The notes beneath the pieces are model-generated. The model was not told where the DNA came from, did no database searches, and was given only the letters and a program-made list of their open reading frames with translations. A stretch of 64,000 nucleotides of DNA from the human T2T-CHM13v2.0 reference genome, Homo sapiens: NCBI RefSeq assembly GCF_009914755.1, contig NC_060948.1. One strand, 5' to 3'. How positions within the stretch are numbered: the first letter of the stretch is position 1; each line of letters starts with the position of its first letter. Position numbers and translations under genes: made by a program. Positions 38,405 to 51,662 of the stretch are shown piece after piece.

Positions 38405-40584
38405 GGTGGCAATCTCCTCCATGTTTTCTCTCTCTCCTACTGTGATGTAAGACGTGCCTTGCTTTTCCTTTGCCTCCTGCCATGATTGTAAGATTGTTGA
38501 GGTCTCTCCAACCATGTGGAACTGTGAATTAATTAAACCTCTTTTGTTTATAAATTACCCAGTCTCAGGTAGTGTCTTTATAGCAGTGTGAGAATGGACT
38601 AATATAGAGAATTGGTAGTAGGATTTGGGTACTGTTATAAAGATGACCTGAAAATGTGGAAGCGACTTTAGAACTGGGTAACAGGCAGAGTTTGGAACAG
38701 TTTTGAGGGCTCAGAAAAAGACAGAAATACGTGGAAAATTTTGGAACTTCCTAGAGATTTGTTGAATGGTTTTGGCCACAATGCTGATAGTGATATGGAC
38801 AATAAAGTCCAGGCTGAGGTGGCCTCAGATAGAGATGAGGAATTTGTTGGGAACTGGAGCAAAGGTCACTCTTGCTATGCTATGCTTTAGCAAAGAGATT
38901 GGTAGCATTTTGCCCCTTCCCTAGAGATCCATTCAACTTTGAACTTGAGAGAGATAATTTAGGGTATCTGGCAGAAGAAATTTTTAAGCAGTAAAACATT
39001 CAAGAGGTTACCTGGCTTATTCTGAAAGCATTCACTTATATGCATTCACAAAGAGATGGTTTGAAATGGGAACTTATGTTTAAAAAGGAAGCAGAGCATA
39101 AAGGTTTGGAAAATTTGCAGGCTGACCATGTGGTAGAAAAGAATAACCCATGTTCTTGGGAGGAATACAAGCTGGCTGCAGAAATTTGCATAAGTAGCGA
39201 GGAGTCGAATGTTAACCACCAAGACAATGGGGCAAAGGTCTCTAGGGCATTTCGGAGATCTTCATGGCAGCTCTTCCCATCACAGGCCTGGAGGCTGAGG
39301 AGGGAAAAATGGTTTTGTGGCCCAGGCATTTGGCCCTGCTACTCTGTGCAGCCCCAGAAGTTGGTGCCCTACATCCAAGCCACTCCAGCTTCACCCATGC
39401 ATAAAAGGGACAAACATGCAGCCCAGGCCATCACTTCAGAGGGTGAAAGCCCGAAGCCTTGGCAACTTCCACATGGTGTTGGGCCTGTAGGTGCACTGAA
39501 GCCAAGAGTTGAGGTTTGGGAACCTCAACCTAGATTTGAGAGGATGTATGGAAAGGCCTGGATGTCCAGACAGAAATCTGCTGCAGGGGCATAACCTTCA
39601 TGGAGCACCTCTATTATGGCAATGCAGAGGGGAAATGTGGGGTTGGAGCTTCCACACAGAGTCCCCACTGGGGCACCACTTAGTGGAGCTGTGAGAAGAC
39701 AGCCACCATCCTCTAGATCTCAGGATGGTAGTTCCACTGACAGCTTGCACAATGCACCTGGAAAAGACACAGGCACTCAATGCCAGCCTATGAAAGTAGC
39801 TGCAGGGGATGTACCATGCAGAGCCACAAGGGCAGAGCTACCCAAGTCATTGGGAGCCAACCCCTTGCATCAGCATTACCTGGGTATAAGACATGGAGTT
39901 AAAATAGATTATTTTGGAGCTTTAAGATTTAATAGCTGCTTGCTGGGTTTCAGACTTGCATGGAGCCTGTGACACCTTTGGTCAATTTGGAAGGGGAATA
40001 TTTATGCAATTACTGAACCCCCATTGTACCTTGGAAGGAACTAACTCACTTTTTATTTTACAGGCTCATAGGTGAAAGGGACTTGCCTTGTCTTAGATGA
40101 AACTTTGGACTTGGACTTTTGAGTTAATGCTGGAATGAGTTAAGACTTTGGGGGACTGTTGAGAAGGCATAATTGGTTTTTCAATGTGAAAAGGACATGA
40201 GACTTAGGAGGAGCCAGAGTAGCATAACATGGTTTGGTTCTGTGTCCCCACCCAAATTTCATCTCGAATCCCCACTTGTCCAGGCAGGGACCTGGTTGCA
40301 GGTGATTGGATGATGTAGGAGGTTTCTCCCATGCTGTTCTTTTGACAGTGAGAGAGTTCTCAGGAGATCTGATGGTTTAAAAGTAGCAGTGCCTCCTCTG
40401 TGTTCTCTCTTTTTTTTCCACCACGTATGATGTGCCTTGCTTCCCCTTTGCCTTTCACAATAATTTTAAGTTTCCTAAGGCCTCCCCAGCCATGCAGAAC
40501 TGTAAGTAAATTAAACATCTTTTGTTTATAAGTTACCCAGTCTCAGGTAGTAGCTTTATAGCAGTGTGAAAATAGACTGAGACA
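38405..40584 (+). mobile_element. THE1D MaLR element (5'-truncated left LTR 38405-38606, internal 38607-40224, right LTR 40225-40584)
   Basis: Both LTRs end TTACCCAGTCTCAGGTAGT...TTTATAGCAGTGTGA. Internal region starts GAGAATTGGTA and is a typical THE1-int with the MaLR ORF remnant. Confidence 0.9.
38881..39972 (+). pseudogene. THE1-int (MaLR) ORF remnant
   Basis: One reading frame gives YALAKRLVAFCPFPRD...ELERDNLGYLAEEIFKQ*NIQEVTW...MHSQRDGLKWELMFKKEAEHK...KSAAGA*PSWSTSIMAMQRGNVGLELPHRVPTG..., with only two internal TAA stops. Confidence 0.75.
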
Positions 40585-41171
40585 GTAATTTAAACAACAG
40601 CCAAGAAAGCTAGAGTCCAGAGATGTTTAGTTTCCCTATGGAAACTATGGCCCTATGGAAACCCCCCACTGAGGACCCCCACCAAATGGATCCACTGACA
40701 TGTAATGCTCAGATAGGGGGGCATTGAAGACTGGATTGTGACCACCATTCTCTGTAATATATTCTTTTTTGAGGGGTTTGGAAGAACTCACACTTCTGAG
40801 ACAGTTAAGATTTTTTTCTGCTGACCACAAATTATTAAACAAAGCTTTGCTTCCTTAACCAATTGCAAATCCAAAAATCATTAAATCTACCTACAACCCG
40901 TAAGGTTCTACTTTAAGCTATCTCAACTTTTTAAGGCCAAAAACAATGTGTAACCTCTATCTATTGATTTAGTATTTTGCATGTAGCTTCTGCTTTTGTA
41001 AAATTTACCCCTGCCTTTTAAAATCTTGTCCTGCAAGACATCTGAGAGGTCCAGATTGGAGCAATAGCTTCTTGTCCCTCCTTGCTTGAAACCCTGCAAA
41101 AAAAATGCCACCTTTTCTATCACAGCAAAAACCTCAATGTGGATATGTGGTTTTACTGCACTGGGAAAATT
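40585..41171 (+). mobile_element. MER39-like ERV1 LTR, main part (split by the MER50 provirus; 3' tip at 52132-52158)
   Basis: GGACCCCCACCAAATGGATCC...CTTCCTTAACCAATTGCAAATC...AAAATTTACCCCTGCCTTTAAAA...ACTGCACTGGG, resuming after the provirus as AATGGACTCGGGTTCCGTTCTATATTA. Confidence 0.7.
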
Positions 41172-44100
41172 TGTTAGTGGCAGCGAATCTGTATGATTCT
41201 GCAGCAACTTCAATTCTTGCCTCCTCAGAAGAAAAAATTCAAACGAGGGGCATAAGGCAGAAGAAGAGACTGAGGCAAGTTTTAGAGCAGGAGTGAAAAT
41301 TTGTGAAAATGCTTTAGAGCAGGAATGAAAGGAAGTAATGTACACTTGGAAGAGGGCCAAGTGGGCAACCTGAAAGACAGGTTCATGGTTTGACCTTTTG
41401 ACTTGGGGTTTTATATACTGGCATACATTCATGGTCTCACATCCTTTCTCCCCTGATTCCTCCCTTGTGGTGGGCTGTTGACAAGCACAGCAGCTTACCG
41501 GTACTTGGAATTTGATCATGCAGTGTGTTTACTGAAGTTGTAAGCATGCTCACTTGAGGTGTTCCTCCCTTACCAGACAAATACTCCTAGAAGGTCATTT
41601 ACCATTTAAACCCTGTCACTTTTCCTCTACATGTACATGGTTGAACTCAGCCATCCAACTCCTGAGATCTTATCAGGAAGCAGATGATCACCAGTTTCAG
41701 GTTTTTTTCTATCTCTAGGAAGACTGCCTTTCCCTGGTGCTGGCTGTGGCCAATTATTATTTTAGAGAGAGATAGTTAACAATCACATGACCATCACCTG
41801 ATGGTCTCCTGATATTCCTGGTCAGATGGAGCCCTCTCCTGCTCTGCTCATGCCTGACCAGCTACCTATTATAGCATTTTCCCACTCATGATCTTAAGAC
41901 CCCAATTATTTGGAGAAAATGGACAAAGGTCAGTCTTCTATAACTCTTCACTGCTGACAAAGAGGCAGTGGATCGCTCTGTGGGTCTTGGCCTGTTGCTA
42001 GCTGTCAGGGCAGGAAGGTGGCTCCATGGGTGTTTGAATGTGGTATCCAGCCAGGGTCTAGGGAGACAGGGGCAGGATTTTGCCTCTGTTATGTCTCACT
42101 GACGGGCAGTCCAGGGGTCCCCTGTAGAAGAGTGACTCTGAATATTGAAAAGATGATATCCCTCACTGAGGATTATCTGGAGCTTGATAGCCTATACCTT
42201 TTGTTTCTTCTGAGGTACAAACAGTAATCACTAGTTGGCTCACAGGAATAAGCAGAGTTAGTCTAAATTGCAGACAAAAACTCAAAAAGAACTGATGAGA
42301 CTAGAATCTAATAATAAATGTACCATAGTGCTCGAAACATGATTTTTATCCCTCCAGTTCTCATTTTTATTTTAAAAAAACATTAAAGTAACTATTTGTT
42401 TGCAAAATAAAGTTTAGTTTTATGATACTTGGCAAATTATTGGCATAAAGCACAGAAAGTTTATTTTCTATATAGGCTCCTTTTTAAATTGACTTTGATG
42501 GATCTTCATTCCATAATGAATCTCATGCAAGAGTTTTCTTAAAGCCTTAAGCCCAGCCATGAATTGGTGCCATCAAATACCTGTATGATTGGGTAAATTC
42601 TTCTCCTCTTTAGGTCCTAAGATAACTTGAAGCTCCTGGGCCCATTAGAAAGTGACATTCTTTACTTACCAAAGGTCAGCAACCCTGTACAGGAACTGTG
42701 TAGACAAAGTATGAGGACAGTTTACCCAAGGGGTTTTATTGGCTCTATAAGTAAAATTTGATTCCTTAAGGGAAAGCATGCCATTCCAGTCAAAGCCTTG
42801 GTAAAATAACCAGATCCTCCAACTGTGTTCTGTTGTAAAAGAAACCAGATTCTTATTGCATTTATGCAAATAACTATATTGCCATTAGCTAAGAATACTC
42901 GCAAATAGCTTTCAAATTTTGAATAAATCCAGTAAGGAGAAATATGCTCCAAAGATTATTTATAGGAGTATATTTTACTGAATTGTTAAAAGATGTAAAT
43001 AACTCAAAAGAAAAGTTTTCCTGGCTTTGAAAAACAAAATACCAGCAACATTTTAAGCAAAAAGTCATGAAATAATTAATTTAGTTTTCTATTAGGTCAG
43101 GCCATGTGTACAGTTAACTTTTGTTCTGCTTGATATTCATAAACATTTCAGCTCTCCATGAGAGTCCTAAAAGTCTTTCCCTAATTCTAATGTCACAGTC
43201 TCCAAAGTCATCAGAATGCTGCATTCAAGAACACCTCTTAGATTTTTATAGCTGGTTATAAAACCACCTTCTGAAGAGGACCAAAAGAAAACAATAATTT
43301 CCTTGGATGACAAGACATCTTAGGGCAGCCTCTATTAAAGCCACAATTGACTAGGAATTTTGGTTACTTCTTTGGCATATTATAACAATTTTACCTAACA
43401 ATTATAATGATTAATAACATACAGTAATTAATATCAGAATTATAGAACAAATTGGAATAAATGCTCATAACACATTTATACAAATACAGCCCAAAGAAAG
43501 CCAAATATTACCTTCGCACTGGTGTACTGTTGATGTCAAACTTAGTTCTTAAAACCTTATAGACAAATCTATTCAATTTTAATCAGTCTGACTCTATGGT
43601 AAGATTCTCATAAACCTTTTACAACACTTTACAATTTTATTTGTTAAAGAGCATAACAATGCTCTAAGAAAACCCTGTTGTGGTTTTATTCCAATATTTA
43701 ATTTACAGAAAAACTGAATAATACTCCTTTATCTTTACCCAATAATTTCACACAAAAAATTTTTTTTTACAAGTTAATTTTTCACAAACCTTCCATGACT
43801 TGTTCAAACTTTCAGGTTTTTTCCATCTAATGAAAAACAAAACTTGAATTCTTTAATCTAGGCAAAAATATACACATTACCTTGGCTTGTTATAATCTTT
43901 TACAAAAAACACATTTCACTTTCCTTGCACACCTTACATGTAAAACTTTTTCTTTAGTAGTTTTAATTAAATGTTACAATGTTAACTCTTAGCAACTTTT
44001 ATTTTTGGTGAAAAACCTGGTAAGTAAATGATTTTAATTATGTACTAGGTGTGGAGCCTAGGAAACCAAATGAAAGTGTGAATAAGGTCTGATTCTTTGC

Positions 44101-46815
44101 AGCATAACCAGGGGAGCATGCCTAACTTCACATGTCCTCAGGCCTTACATAGATTATGATGGCTCCAAAATAGGTAAGTTGGACAATTTTCAAAAGTCAA
44201 AGAATAAGTTTATGACCTTACAGCATTTAGCAAACCTAGTATCTGACCTGCATAATTTATACAATATGTCTAAATTTTTGAATATATTTTTATTTTACCA
44301 TTAATATTTAAACCCGTCTTTAATTCCCAAACATTACGTAAGTCACATGAATGAAAAGGCATTATAGTTTTTATTTTTCTGGCAAAATACTTGATTGAAG
44401 CACTTATTATTTTTAAGCCAATTAATCGGAGCTCTTTCATATATAAACATCACACATACAACACATATAAATACACAGAAAGACAGAAAATCCAGTAATG
44501 TAAGGTTTTCCATTTGCCAGTTTTTAAGTTTCTTAATTGGATTACTGGCTTCAGGGTGGAGCACCTTGAGATACAATGTCAGGAAAGCATGCAGTTTCTA
44601 GGGTCTAATAAGCAGTCATAGCTGGATGCAAAATGGATCCCCAAAAGTTAAGGGTACCATTTTTATACCAGATCCTAGATCCCAAAAAAAGAGAAAAATC
44701 GGCCCATTTCCCATGGGATTCTTATCTCTCAGTGAGAGGTGGAATCATTTCCAGACTTTCTAGGTGGCCAAGAGCACGCTTCTCTGATCCAAATGTGTAA
44801 AGCACTGAGTATCTCACCGTAACTGCCATTAGCCATCCCTAAAAGTATATTTCTTACCCAGTTATTACACACCAAAACTCTCTCATAATTCAAAGTAATT
44901 TCTGATACCCCCAAAAGTTAAAAAAAAAAAATCAGATAACATCATTCAAAGTGGAACAGAGCTTTAGATTTTGAGAGGAATTTTATCTGCTTTTGATTCC
45001 TAGAGCTTCATGAGGGAAAAAGGAAGTTTTTCCCAAAATGGGGTCTGTATTGCCTCCTCTCTTTATCCCAAGGAGAAACTGTCTTAGGAATTATCTTAGG
45101 TTCTCTTATGTGTGCATTAAGAGTGGCAAGAAGACAAAATGGAGAACAACTATTCAGTCAACTGACAAGAAAGAAAAACCTTTTTTTTTTTTTTCAGGAA
45201 AACATGATTCAAGAAGAGAAAAAAATGTAAAGGCCTTTTAAATATATGCATAGCTTGGACTTGGATATCTGCTTTTATTTAAGCTGACTTTTAACCACAC
45301 TGCTCTTTAAAAAAATCTTTCTAAATCTCTTATCACCCTACTTTAGCTAGGCCAAACAGCGAATATTCCTGGCTTTTAAACTTTACCAAAATAAACCTCA
45401 TAGGTGAAACCAATAGGCCTTAACTAAAGTTATGACTTAACCATGAGTGTACAAGGTATTTTCAAAGAGGCAGTTAACGGTTTTTATAATACCTAGAATC
45501 TCCGAAGTTAGGTCAGAGGAAATACAATTCAAGAAGGGAACTCACAAGTTGTTCCTGGAGGGGCAGAGAATCAACAAATGGCAAATGTCACACAAATGTC
45601 AACCAGAAAGTACTCTTTCCTAAGCCAGGAATTGAACCCTGAACTCATGTCACCACTGGGAAAAGACAAAGCCTTAGCTACCATGCTACAGCATTTGGCA
45701 GTTTTTATTGCTCTTCCCAGAAGGAGCCTAGAGCAGTCAGTTTGGAGCTTGCGATGGCTTTTGGCTTGCTCAAGATAATTCTTAGAGCTAACTATGGCAT
45801 GAACTCCAAAATTTCTGCCATTTGGATACTGAAGATGAAGAAAAAGTACTGCCACCTGGTTACAAAATCAAGCTCTCAAGGACGTAAAACAAGACGAGAG
45901 AAAATCTTCATCCACTTTTTTATTTTGTTGTTTTCTTTTGGTATCACAGAACTGCAGCAAATTTTGTAACTGACCAGTTTGCCAGGCTGGCTTGAACAGT
46001 GGGCTTACAGGCATCCTAGGTTCACATTCTACCCTAAGGTACCCCTCTTTATGAAAGAATGAAACAGAAAGAAAAATTCATAGCAGAAAGCAAACCAGGT
46101 TTGTTTCAGCTTAAGAGTGGCCTCATGAATCCTTTTTCTCACTAACGAAAACTTTGCAGAGGAGACAGTGCTTTTTACCACTCCTACAGCTCATTTGCAC
46201 AGAGAGAGAGTGGCCAGAAATCTGACTGGTGAAAATTTTTTACCCTTTTGCCGGCATTCCAGGTTTCTGGGTTCCCTTTCTCTGAGTGGCCCTCATGATC
46301 CTGTTTGCTGAATCATAACTGCAACACAAAGGAAAGTTATCTTTTCCCATTTCATGAAACCACAGGCCAAAAGCCTCTCAATATTGTAAGATGCCACGCA
46401 AGTGGCTGCGGAGCGTAACCAAAATAACATTTTCCATTTCAGCAAGAGCAAAATATGCATGACAAAACAGACATTAGCTACTTGGCTTAGGACCCAATAT
46501 CAAACTGGCAAGACTCAAACTTGCCCCCAGTTGGGCCCTGCCATCTTTAATCCATTGAAAGTGCAGTGGAAAGATTCCAACCAGGAGTTTCAACATGTGG
46601 TCTCTGGACAACATAGTCGCCCTGCGTAACAGAAGAGAGAAAATAAAAATAAAAAAAGAAGAAGAAAAATAAAAAGAAAGAAAAGCATTGTCTGTGGTGG
46701 GGTGGGAAAGGTGAGGAGCTCAGGGAGACCAGAGAAAGACCCAGCCATTGCAGCGACACTGAATCAAAAGTTTGGGTGGCTATAGTCCCATCAGTTCCCA
46801 AGTTTCCCCTTTTGG

Positions 46816-49800
46816 GGAGAACCAAGAAGAAACAAACCCCAAAGCTGGCAGAAGAGAAGAAATAACCAAGATCAGAGCAGAACTGAAGGAGATAGATACA
46901 CAAAATACCCTTAAAAACCCATGAGTCCAGGAACTGGTTTTCTGAAAAAATTAATAAAATAGACTGTTAGCTAGACTAATAAGAAGAAAAGAGAGAATAA
47001 TCAAATAGGCACAATAAAGAATGATAAAGGGGATGTTGCCATTGACCCCACAGAAATACAAACAACCACCAGAGAGTACTATAAACACCTCTATGCAAAT
47101 AAACTAGAAAATCTAGAATAAATAAATTCCTGGACACATACAGCCTCCCAAGCTTGAACCAGGAAGAAGGTGAATTCCTGAGTAGACCAATAACAATTTC
47201 TGAAATTGAGGCAGTAATAAATAGCCTACCAACCAATAAAAGCCCAGGACCAGACAAATTTACAGCCAAATTCTATTAGAGGTACAAAAAGGACCTGCTA
47301 CCATTTCTTCCGAAAATATTCCAAACAATTGAAAAGAAGGGACTTCTGCCTAACTCATTTTATGAGACCATCACCATCCTGATAACAAAACCTGGCAGAG
47401 ATACAACAAAAAAAGGAAACTTCAGGCCAATATCCCTGATGAACATCAACACAAAAATTCTAAAGAAAATACTGGAAAACTGAATCCAGCAGCACATCAA
47501 AAAGCTTATCCACTAGAATCAAGTCAGCTTCATCCACAAGATGCAAGGCTGGTTCAACATACACAGATCAATAAATGTAATTCATCATGTAAACAGAACT
47601 AAAGACAAAAACCACATGATTATCTGAATAGATGCAGAAAAGGTCCTCGATAAAATTCAACATCCCTTTAAGTTAAAAACTCTCAATAAACTAGGTATTG
47701 ATGGAATACACCTCAAAATAATAAGAGCCATTTATGACAAACCCACAGCCAATATCATACTGAATGGGCAGAAGCTGGAAGCGTTCTCCTTAAAAACCGG
47801 CACAAGACAAGGACGCCCTCTCTCACCACTCCTATTCAACATAGTATTGGAAGTTCTGTCCAGGGCAATCAGGCAAGAGCAAGAAATAAAGGGCATTCAA
47901 ATAAAAAGAGAGGAATTCAAACTGTCTCTGTTTGCAGATGACATGATCTTTTATCTAGAAAACTCCTTTGTTTTAGCCCAAAAGTTTCTTAAGCTGATAA
48001 GCAGGTTCAGCAGTCTCAGGATACAAAATCAATGTGCAAAAATCATAGGCATTCCAATACGCCAACAACAGACAAGCAGAGAGCCAAATCATGAATTAAC
48101 TCCAAATTCACAATTGCTACAAAGAGAATAAAATACCTAGGAATACAGCTAAAAAAGAAAATGAAGGACCTCTTCAAGTAGAAATACAAACCACTGCTCA
48201 AGGAAATCAGATTTGACACAAACAAACAGAAAAACTTTGCATGCTCATGGATAGGAAGAATCAATACCATAAAAATGGCCATACTGCCCAAAGCAATTTA
48301 TAGATTCAATGCTATTCTCATTAAACTACCATTGATATTCTTCACAGAATTAGAAAAAAACTACTTCAAAATTCATATGGAATCAAAACAGAGCCCATGT
48401 AGCTGTGACAATCCTAAGCAAAAAGAAAAAAGCTGGAGGTATAATGCTACCTGACTTTAAACTATGCTACAAGGCTACAGTAACCAAAACAGCATGGTAC
48501 TGGTACAAAAACAGACACATAGACCAATGGGACAGAATAGAGAATAGAAATAAGACCACATCTACAACCATCTGATCTTTCAAAAACATGAAAAATACAA
48601 GCAATAGGAAAAAGATTCCCTATTTAATTAATAGTGCTGGGAAAACTGGCTATCCAAATGCAGAAAATTGAAACTGGACCCATTCTTTACACCTAATACA
48701 AAAATTAACTCAATGTGGATTAAAGACTTAAATGTAAAAACCAAAGCTATGAAAACCCTAGAAGACAACCTAGGCAATACTATTCAGGATATAGGCATGG
48801 ACAGAAATTTCATGATGAAAACATCAACAGTAATTGCAACAAAAGCAAAAATTGACAAATGGGATCTAATTAAACTAAAGATCACCTGCACAGCAAAAGA
48901 ACTATCATCAGAGTGAACAGAGAACCTACAGAATGGAAGAGAAAATGTTTGCAGTCTATCCATCTGACAAAGATCTAATATCCAGAATCTAAAAGGAACT
49001 TAAATTTACAAGAAAACATGGGCAAAGAATTTGGGAGGCTAAGGTGGGTGGATCACTTGAAGTCAGGAGTTCAAGACCAACTTGGCCACATGGTGAAAGT
49101 GTCTCCACTATTAAAAAAAAAAAAAGAAAAAAAAAGCTAATTAGCTGGGTGTGGCAGTGGGTGCCTATAGTCCCAGCTACTCAGGAGGCTGAGGCTAAAT
49201 AATTGCTTGAGCCTGAGAAATGGAGGTTGTAGTGAGCTGAGATTGCGTCACTACACTCCAGCCTGGGTGGCAGAGTGAGACTTTGTCTCAAAAAAAAAAA
49301 AAAAACATGTGGGCAAAGAACACGAACAAACACTTCTCAAAAGAAGACATTTATGTGGCCATCAAACATATGAAAAATCAACATCACTGATCATTAGATA
49401 AATGCAAATCAAAAGTATATTGAGATACCATATCACGCCACTCAGAATGGTGATTATTAAAAGTCAAGAAACAACAGATGCTGGTGAGGCTGTGGATAAA
49501 CAGGAGTGCTTTGATACTGTTGGTGGGAATATACATTTGTTCAATCATTGTGGAAGACAGTGTGGCTATTCTTTGAAGACCTAGAACCAGAAATACCATT
49601 TGACCCAGCAATCCCTTTACTGGGTATATACGCAAAGTAATATAAGTTATTCTATTATAAAGATACATGCCCATGTATGTTCATTGCAGCACTATTTACA
49701 ATAGCAAAGACATGGAATCAACCCAAATGCCCATCAATGGTAGACTGAAAAAAAGAAAACATAGTATATATGCACCATGGAATACTATCCAGCCATAAAA

Positions 49801-50148
49801 AAGAAAGAGATCATGTCCTTTGCAGGGACATGGATGGAGCTGGAAGCCATTATCCTCAGCAAATCCAAAGCCATTATCCTCACACAGGAACAGAAAACCA
49901 AACACCACGTTCTGACTTATAAGTGGAAGCTGAACAATGAGAACACATGGACACAGGAAGGGGAATGACACACACTGGGCCCTTTTGGGACAGGGAGTTT
50001 GCGGGAGGGAGAGCATCAGGATAAATAGGTAATGCACACGGGACTTAATACCTAGGTGTTGGGTTGATAGGTGCAGCAAACCACCATGGCACATGTTTAC
50101 TTACGTAACAAAACTGCACGTCCTGCATATGTATCCCGGAACTTAAAG
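46816..50148 (+). mobile_element. L1PA10/11-like 5'-truncated LINE (decayed ORF2 RT and C-terminal regions) inserted in MER50-int
   Basis: ORF fragments [38 protein letters not shown] (RT FADD motif) and MEYYPAIKKKEIMSFAGTWMELEAIILSK. 3' UTR GGGAGAGCATCAGGATAAATAG...TATCCCGGAACTTAAAG. Confidence 0.9.
49030..49305 (+). mobile_element. AluS (Sx/Sz-like), 5'-truncated, inserted in L1PA
   Basis: Starts TTTGGGAGGCTAAGG; dimeric with an expanded middle A-run; TSD AAAACAT(GT)GGGCAAAGAA on both sides. Confidence 0.9.
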
Positions 50149-51323
50149 AATTCACAAATGGCAAAGGAAGAATTTCCTCTCTTCCCAAAGTGGTGCTAAC
50201 TAAAAAAAAAAAAGCAAGTAGGTGCGATCCTTAAAGGGCCTGCGTGAGGCCCTATGCAGGCTCACAAACTGCTTCAAAAGCAGTGGCTTTTGAAACCAAT
50301 GGCTTTTGAAGCAATTTGTCCGCCTGCACAGGGGAAAACTTGGCCCTGGGGAGTAACAGGAATGAAAATCATATGGTAAGTCATAAGGACCTGACAGAGC
50401 CAGTGTTCCGATTAGTGTCTGTCCCAGCAATGTGCCAGCAGAAAGGGGAAGGGTTGGAGTTCATCCGAGCTGGTAGGGTAAAAGCAAATATAAATCTCAG
50501 GAGATATCCCCAAGGGAGCCCATGTCTTTGCTGCCTCACAAACCCAGTAAAACAGCTGTGGGCACATGAATAGCAGGGAGTGTATATTTAAGAAGTCACG
50601 TGACCTGCAAAGTGAAAGCAAAGAGCAGACTTACCCCCAAGGCAGATGGTCTGGCAGGTGTGCAAGGCCATTTCAGAACACACACAGAGAAAACAGGAGA
50701 ATAGACATTGTGAATTCTTGGGAAAGAGCCAATTTGAGATGAAAAAGCAGAGGAAACCCAGACATTGCACGGTTTTAGACTTTAGCTCTAGCATTCTCGT
50801 GAGCTTCCTGTCCAGGAGGGCCATTAGTGCTTCAGTCCTACTCCATGTGAACCCCAACGTCCTTTCCACTATGATGAGCCATCCATCAGGGTGAGCTGAG
50901 AGATCAGCCAGGAGGAGCAGGGTCACTAATGTCTGAAAGGAATTGTTCTGGGTGTTAGTTAGTAAGCAGAAGAGAGAAAGGGAGAAGAAAACCATGTATG
51001 GGTGTTGAACACCTCCAGCCAAAGAAGGCGAGGCATAGAGATCTCTTACGATTAGGGCATGGATCCTAGCCAAGCGGTGCCAATGTATGTTAGCGGTGAA
51101 AGTTATCCGAGTCACAGCGCACCGAAATATATCAGCAAAGTCAATTCCTGCCGCCTCAGAAGAAAGAATTCAACTGACGGGCATAAGGTAGAAGAAAAGA
51201 CCAAGGCAAACTTTAGAGCAGGAGAAAAGTTTATCAAAATGCTTTAGGGCAAAAATGAAAGGAAGTAAAGTACACTTGGAAGAGAGTCAAGCAGGCCACT
51301 TAAAAGACAAGTGTGCGGTTTGA

Positions 51324-51662
<339 letters not shown>

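Noticed and set aside
40923-41519. 198-aa minus-strand ORF, the longest in the track
   Set aside because: It crosses the MER50 LTR/MER39-like LTR boundary and has no recognisable domain; a chance frame in LTR sequence.
50588-51115. 175-aa minus-strand ORF just downstream of the PBS, a possible gag leader
   Set aside because: No matrix, capsid MHR or zinc-knuckle motif; it lies in the non-coding leader and starts at a non-ATG codon.
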